Source of the DNA: Caldisericota bacterium
GTDB taxonomy: Bacteria > Caldisericota > Caldisericia > JAAYUI01
NCBI GenBank assembly: GCA_029548865.1
Contig: JAKPMO010000011.1
Location: 1 to 12,034, forward strand
Length of the DNA stretch: 12,034 nucleotides
Direction: 5' to 3'
Shown here piece after piece: positions 7,747 to 12,034 of the stretch. Under the pieces are notes generated by a model, which saw nothing but the letters and a program-made list of their open reading frames with translations, was not told the DNA's origin and ran no database searches. Position 1 is the stretch's first letter. The number at the start of each line of letters is the position of its first letter. A program made the position numbers and the translations under genes.

Positions 7747-7752
7747 TTAGGT

Positions 7753-9939
7753 GTGAACGTGCATGTTATGGTCGAGGGGCTTGAGCTGACCTATTCAGTC
7801 CCTGAGTCTCTTTCAGGCAGAGTGGTACCAGGTTGCCTCGTTCTTGTCCCGTTAAGGAACAGGACGGCAAAGGGTGTGGTGGTGGGTATTGGTGATGAAG
7901 AGGCCGGGATCGAACTGAAAGAGATGGTCTCGCTTGTTTACGACACACCCGTTATTGATGAGGAGGGCATAGAGGCGACCATTGTTGCAGATTCACTTGC
8001 GTTTTCAAAGGCTGGCACGACGCTCTCCGATAACCTCTGGATGCCACCATCGCCAAGGATTGAGACAAAGGTTGAAATTTTGGGTGAATGCGAGTTTTCG
8101 CCATCAGAAAAAACCCTGTTTGAAAAGATTGTCCAGCTTGGGGATGATGCAACGCTTGGCAGGCTCAACCATGCTTTGGGCAAATCGAGGGTGACATACG
8201 CTCTCAGGGGACTTGTAAAAAAGGGTGCAATACGGCTTGTGGAGGTGGTTTCTGCACCATTATTGCCAAAACCGAAGCTCCAGTACGAAGCCGACCCGGA
8301 CGTTGACTCATCAGTCAATGAAAAAGCACCTTTCTGCTCTTCCATGTCTTCACTCTCGAAAGCAAGCGGGGTGTCGCTCTCCAAGATAAAAAAACTTGTG
8401 CTCTCCGGGAAGCTCAGGCTTGTAGAAAGTGCAAAACCAGGCTCTGTCCCGAAACAGGAAAAACCAGGGTTTGATGTGGAATTTTTTGAAGGCCTTGTGC
8501 TTGAAAAAAGGGTTGCTCTTTACGCTGATTGGGCCAGAGGGCACATGGCTTCTGGCCAGAGCATGGCGATAATCGCCCCGGACGCCTCACTTTGCAGGGC
8601 GATACACAAGGAAATAAGCAAAATTGTTGATGATGGCGTCTATCTTGCAACAGGCGATGGCTCGATGGCCAACGACAGCAGGCTCTGGGACGCACTCAGA
8701 TCTTCCCTGCCATGTGTGGTGATTGGCATGGGGCAGGCGCTGTTTCTGCCTTTTGCAAATCTTTCAAGGGTTGTCGTTGATGAGCCGGCATCTCCACATT
8801 ACGAACAGGACCAACCTGGCAAACTGAGGCTGGGCGCCCTTGCAAGGGTGAGGGCAAAAGTTGGCAAATGCAATCTCAGCTTGGTTGGGGCCCCATCAAC
8901 GCTGGAAGCCCTGAAAGAAGGTGCCACTCCTGTATCGCTTCCCAACCGCGTCGAGGTCGTCAATATGCTGTTCCAGGCAGGCGCCAAAAACCAGCCGCTG
9001 GTCTCGGAGGGCATGGTTTCAGCGATTAAAAAGGAGCTCGAAGCTGGCAGACCCTCTGTGGTCCTGATCGCCAGAAAAGGCTATTCAAATTTTGTCTATT
9101 GTGATGAATGCAACGAGGTCATTTCTTGCCCGACATGCAAGGTGCCACTCATGTATAGTCTCGCAACGGGCAAGGTCTCCTGCAGGTTCTGTGGCTATGA
9201 GGCCAAGGCGCCAAGTACCTGCCCGAGCTGTGGTGGTGTGTCTGTCCTGTTTAAGGCAGGTGGGACCGAGAGACTCCACTTAGAGCTCGAGGAGAGATTG
9301 CCACAGTGCAGGATACTGCGGGCCGATGCAAACACAAAAAATGCTTTTGCAAACATAAGGAGTTTTGGTCTGCCAGGGGATGTTCTTGTCGGCACAACCA
9401 TGGTTCTGGACAGGGCCGATTTTTCAAATGTCAGGCTTGCCTGCATAGCAAGCCTTGACGGTGTGATGTCGATGCCCGTTTTTTCGGCTTCCCACAAAGC
9501 CTATTCGCTTGTGGCCATCCTTGCCGGCAAGCTTTCATCCGGCAGAGTCTTGCTCCAGACATACATGCCGCACCACCCGCTCATCAAATCGCTTGTTTCC
9601 TCTGATGCCAGCACCTTCCTTATGCAGGAGCTTGAGGACAGGAAAGAATCATTTTATCCTCCATTCTCCCAGGTACTTTGGTGGATTGTCACTTCCAAAG
9701 AACAGGGCGAGGCGGAAAGATGGGCAAAGTCTTGCTATGAAACCCTGCAGGAACTTGTGAAAGATGCCACCATTTTGCCTCCAAACGCAACCTATTATCA
9801 CCGCTTGAAGGGGGAGTACAGATGGGATATACTTTTAAAGATAAAGGACCTTGAAGGTGCAGTTCCGTCCCTCTGGGAGGCGATGAAGCTGTGTAGAATG
9901 AAAGGAATAAAGCTGGAAGTGGTGAATCCCAACCAATGA
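7753..9939 (+). CDS. priA: Primosomal protein N' (PriA) homologue with degenerate helicase motifs
   Basis: 728 aa. The N-terminus matches the PriA 3'-DNA-binding-domain pattern (LTYSVP...PG.LVLVPLRNRTAKGVV). Also present: ARKGYS followed by four CxxC motifs (CDEC, CPTC, CRFC, CPSC; 9100-9231), GTERL, DVLVGT, GRVLLQTYMPHHP, ELEDRK..FYPPFS and a C-terminal R..GEYRW. It sits directly upstream of def, a common priA-def linkage. An in-frame TAG at 7741 limits the start to GTG 7753, GTG 7759 or ATG 7768. Confidence 0.92.
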   Translation: MNVHVMVEGLELTYSVPESLSGRVVPGCLVLVPLRNRTAKGVVVGIGDEEAGIELKEMVSLVYDTPVIDEEGIEATIVADSLAFSKAGTTLSDNLWMPPSPRIETKVEILGECEFSPSEKTLFEKIVQLGDDATLGRLNHALGKSRVTYALRGLVKKGAIRLVEVVSAPLLPKPKLQYEADPDVDSSVNEKAPFCSSMSSLSKASGVSLSKIKKLVLSGKLRLVESAKPGSVPKQEKPGFDVEFFEGLVLEKRVALYADWARGHMASGQSMAIIAPDASLCRAIHKEISKIVDDGVYLATGDGSMANDSRLWDALRSSLPCVVIGMGQALFLPFANLSRVVVDEPASPHYEQDQPGKLRLGALARVRAKVGKCNLSLVGAPSTLEALKEGATPVSLPNRVEVVNMLFQAGAKNQPLVSEGMVSAIKKELEAGRPSVVLIARKGYSNFVYCDECNEVISCPTCKVPLMYSLATGKVSCRFCGYEAKAPSTCPSCGGVSVLFKAGGTERLHLELEERLPQCRILRADANTKNAFANIRSFGLPGDVLVGTTMVLDRADFSNVRLACIASLDGVMSMPVFSASHKAYSLVAILAGKLSSGRVLLQTYMPHHPLIKSLVSSDASTFLMQELEDRKESFYPPFSQVLWWIVTSKEQGEAERWAKSCYETLQELVKDATILPPNATYYHRLKGEYRWDILLKIKDLEGAVPSLWEAMKLCRMKGIKLEVVNPNQ

Positions 9940-10454
9940 GAAAAGTTCTTGACTGTGACAGCCCGATACTGAGGAAAAAGTCAAAACCGATAACAAAAAT
10001 TGATGACAATCTGATCGAGCTGATCAAAGAAATGTTTGTGATAATGAAAACGACTGCCCCAAAGGGCATCGGTTTTGCCGCACCGCAGATCGGTGAGCTG
10101 ATAAGGCTTGTTGTGATCGATTATGGTGAGGGCGAGATGGTCTTCATCAACCCTGAGATACTCTCGGGGGAAGGCGAGTGCATCTACAAAGAGGGCTGTC
10201 TTTCAATTCCTGGCCTGTGGGCAGACATCAAGAGGGCCGAAAAGGTCAGATTTGCATGCACAAATCTGAGGGGAAAGCGCGTCGAAGGCGAAGCAACCGG
10301 CATTCTTGCAAGGGTACTCCAGCACGAGATTGACCATCTAGACGGAAAACTCTTCACTGACTACATCGAGCCGGGCCAGGAGATCGAACTGGATGAGGGC
10401 GTGACGCTTCCAAAGCGTTTTCAGGAAAAACTCATGAAAGGCGACAAAAAATGA
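9936..10454 (+). CDS. def: Peptide deformylase
   Basis: 172 aa with all three PDF motifs: GIGFAAPQIG, EGCLS and QHEIDHLDG (HExxH). ATGA overlap with the priA stop. Confidence 0.98.
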   Translation: MRKVLDCDSPILRKKSKPITKIDDNLIELIKEMFVIMKTTAPKGIGFAAPQIGELIRLVVIDYGEGEMVFINPEILSGEGECIYKEGCLSIPGLWADIKRAEKVRFACTNLRGKRVEGEATGILARVLQHEIDHLDGKLFTDYIEPGQEIELDEGVTLPKRFQEKLMKGDKK

Positions 10455-11956
10455 TAGCAATCGTAGACTTTGGTTCGCAGTATACCCAGCTTATCGCAAG
10501 AAGGGTCAGAGAAGCCCATGTCTATTGCGAGGTGGTGCCATACTGGACAAAGCCTGACGAACTATCAAAATACAAAGGCATTATTCTGTCCGGCTCCCCA
10601 AGGTCAGTCCTTGGGGAGAGCTCTCCAATGCCGGACAGCTCGATATATTACCTTGGCAAGCCGGTACTTGGCCTGTGCTATGGAATGCAGGCAATGGCCC
10701 ACCAGCTTGGTGGTGCAGTGGAGAAGGGCAAATCCGGCGAGTATGGAAGGGCCGAGGCGAAGCTTGACCGCAATTCTGTGCTTTTTCAGGGCACAAAAGA
10801 AATCGGCACCGTCTGGATGTCCCATGGCGACCATGTCATCAAGGCGCCAAAGGATTTTGAGGTAATCGCCTCATCAGGAAGCTGTCCCGTGGCGGCAATA
10901 TCAAATGTCTCCAAAAACTTCTATGGTCTGCAGTTCCACCCCGAGGTAAAGCACACCGAGGACGGCGCCCTGATAATCGAGAATTTCCTTTTCAAGATAT
11001 GCGGCGAGGAGCCATCGTGGAAGATGAGCTCTTTTGCCGAGGAGCAGATAGAAGCGATCAAAAAAACCGTCGGGGGTGACCACGTCATAGCCGGCGTCTC
11101 TGGTGGCGTCGATTCTGTTGTAACGGCCGTCCTGCTCCACAAGGCCATTGGCAAACAGCTCCACGTGATTTTTGTTGACCACGGCCTGCTTCGGGAAGGC
11201 GAGAGGGAAGAGGTCATATTCACACTCACAAACCTTGGTCTGGACCCGATTCTTGTTGGCTGTGAGGACATTTTCCTGGACGCTCTCAAGGGTGTCACCG
11301 AGCCGGAACAAAAAAGAACAATCATTGGCAGGCTCTTCATCGAGGAATTTGAAAAGGCCTGCAAGACAATCCCAGGCGTCAAATGGCTGGCGCAGGGGAC
11401 GCTCTATCCAGACGTGATCGAGTCGTCTGGAGGCGTCTCTGGCCTGGCCGACAAAATAAAGAGCCACCACAATGTTGGCGGCCTCCCCGAGAGGATGAAC
11501 CTGAAGCTCATTGAGCCAATGAGAATGCTCTTCAAGGACGAGGTGCGCCACCTTGGCAGGGAGCTTGGCGTCCCCAAGCACCTGACCGACAGACAGCCGT
11601 TCCCGGGCCCGGGCCTCGCAATCAGGCTCGTTGGCGAGGTGACAAGACAGCGTCTTGATATTCTGAGAAAAGCCGACGAGATCGTGAGGGAAGAGATCGC
11701 AGGCGACGCAGACCAGTATTTTGCAGTCCTCTTGCCCGTCTCCTCCGTTGGAGTCCAGGGTGACGAGCGGTCATACAATTGCGTTTGCGCCGTCAGGGCC
11801 GTCTCCACAACAGATTTTATGACGGCCTCATGGACAAAACTGCCCTACGAAGTGCTGGACAGGATTGCAACCCGCATCACGGGAGAGGTGAAGCAGATCG
11901 GCAGGGTGGTTTTTGACATCACAAACAAGCCACCAGCCACGATCGAGTGGGAGTGA
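10451..11956 (+). CDS. guaA: GMP synthase (glutamine-hydrolysing)
   Basis: 501 aa with DFGSQYTQLIARRVRE, the class-I GATase residues (GLCYGMQ, QFHPE), the PP-loop SGGVDS, QGTLYPDVIES, IKSHHNVGGLP, PFPGPGL and the C-terminal KPPATIEWE. ATGA overlap with the def stop and an AAAGG RBS upstream. Confidence 0.99.
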   Translation: MIAIVDFGSQYTQLIARRVREAHVYCEVVPYWTKPDELSKYKGIILSGSPRSVLGESSPMPDSSIYYLGKPVLGLCYGMQAMAHQLGGAVEKGKSGEYGRAEAKLDRNSVLFQGTKEIGTVWMSHGDHVIKAPKDFEVIASSGSCPVAAISNVSKNFYGLQFHPEVKHTEDGALIIENFLFKICGEEPSWKMSSFAEEQIEAIKKTVGGDHVIAGVSGGVDSVVTAVLLHKAIGKQLHVIFVDHGLLREGEREEVIFTLTNLGLDPILVGCEDIFLDALKGVTEPEQKRTIIGRLFIEEFEKACKTIPGVKWLAQGTLYPDVIESSGGVSGLADKIKSHHNVGGLPERMNLKLIEPMRMLFKDEVRHLGRELGVPKHLTDRQPFPGPGLAIRLVGEVTRQRLDILRKADEIVREEIAGDADQYFAVLLPVSSVGVQGDERSYNCVCAVRAVSTTDFMTASWTKLPYEVLDRIATRITGEVKQIGRVVFDITNKPPATIEWE

Positions 11957-11964
11957 GAAGTATC

Positions 11965-11990
11965 AGTGTCATTTTTGGACACTAATTTTT
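11965..11990 (+). terminator. Weak candidate terminator or operator inverted repeat after guaA
   Basis: AGTGTC (11965-11970), 7 nt, GACACT (11978-11983), then AATTTTT. It starts 8 nt after the guaA stop. The stem is short and only half GC. Confidence 0.35.
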
Positions 11991-11999
11991 GGAGCAAAT

Positions 12000-12028
12000 T
12001 TGCATAATTGGGTGTTTATAATTAGAAT
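12000..12028 (+). promoter_or_regulatory. Candidate sigma70-type promoter for a gene beyond the window end
   Basis: TTGCAT (12000-12005), 17 bp, TAGAAT (12023-12028) in AT-rich intergenic DNA. A perfect TATAAT also lies at 12017-12022. Confidence 0.55.
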
Positions 12029-12034
12029 GATGGA

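Noticed and set aside
7753..9939. priA as a pseudogene
   Set aside because: No frameshift or internal stop, normal length, eight Zn cysteines retained and translational coupling to def. The motif loss is concentrated in the ATPase elements.
10901..11581. 226-aa antisense ORF inside guaA (also 10921-11382 and 11404-11808)
   Set aside because: These are shadows of a highly conserved gene with biased codon usage and show no independent protein features.
12017..12022. Perfect TATAAT as the -10 partner of TTGCAT
   Set aside because: The spacing is only 11 bp. TAGAAT at 12023-12028 gives the canonical 17 bp.
1..12034. Taxonomic assignment of the source organism
   Set aside because: priA, def and ispH indicate a bacterium, but the lineage cannot be supported without a database search or phylogeny (e.g. 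of GuaA).

Overview
Bacterial chromosomal window with six protein-coding genes in three blocks. (1) The + strand carries the 3' part of a giant gene (open frame from base 2 to 5338, at least 1778 aa, start upstream of the window). By eye it is built almost entirely of about 25 divergent ~65-80 aa beta-rich OB-fold/DUF5666-like repeats with co-varying cysteine pairs, and it ends in a short basic amphipathic tail. (2) A translationally coupled - strand operon (hypothetical OB-like protein, type-I GGPP-synthase-like polyprenyl synthase, ispH) converges on the giant gene and overlaps its 3' end by 41 bp. (3) A coupled + strand operon priA-def-guaA follows. Its PriA keeps the N-terminal DNA-binding region and all eight Zn cysteines but has lost the helicase/ATPase motifs. 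No RNA genes, CRISPR arrays or mobile-element genes were seen. The best candidates for novelty are the giant disulfide-patterned repeat protein and the pseudohelicase PriA, which may have a leaderless transcript. All family calls come from motif recognition by eye, not database searches.
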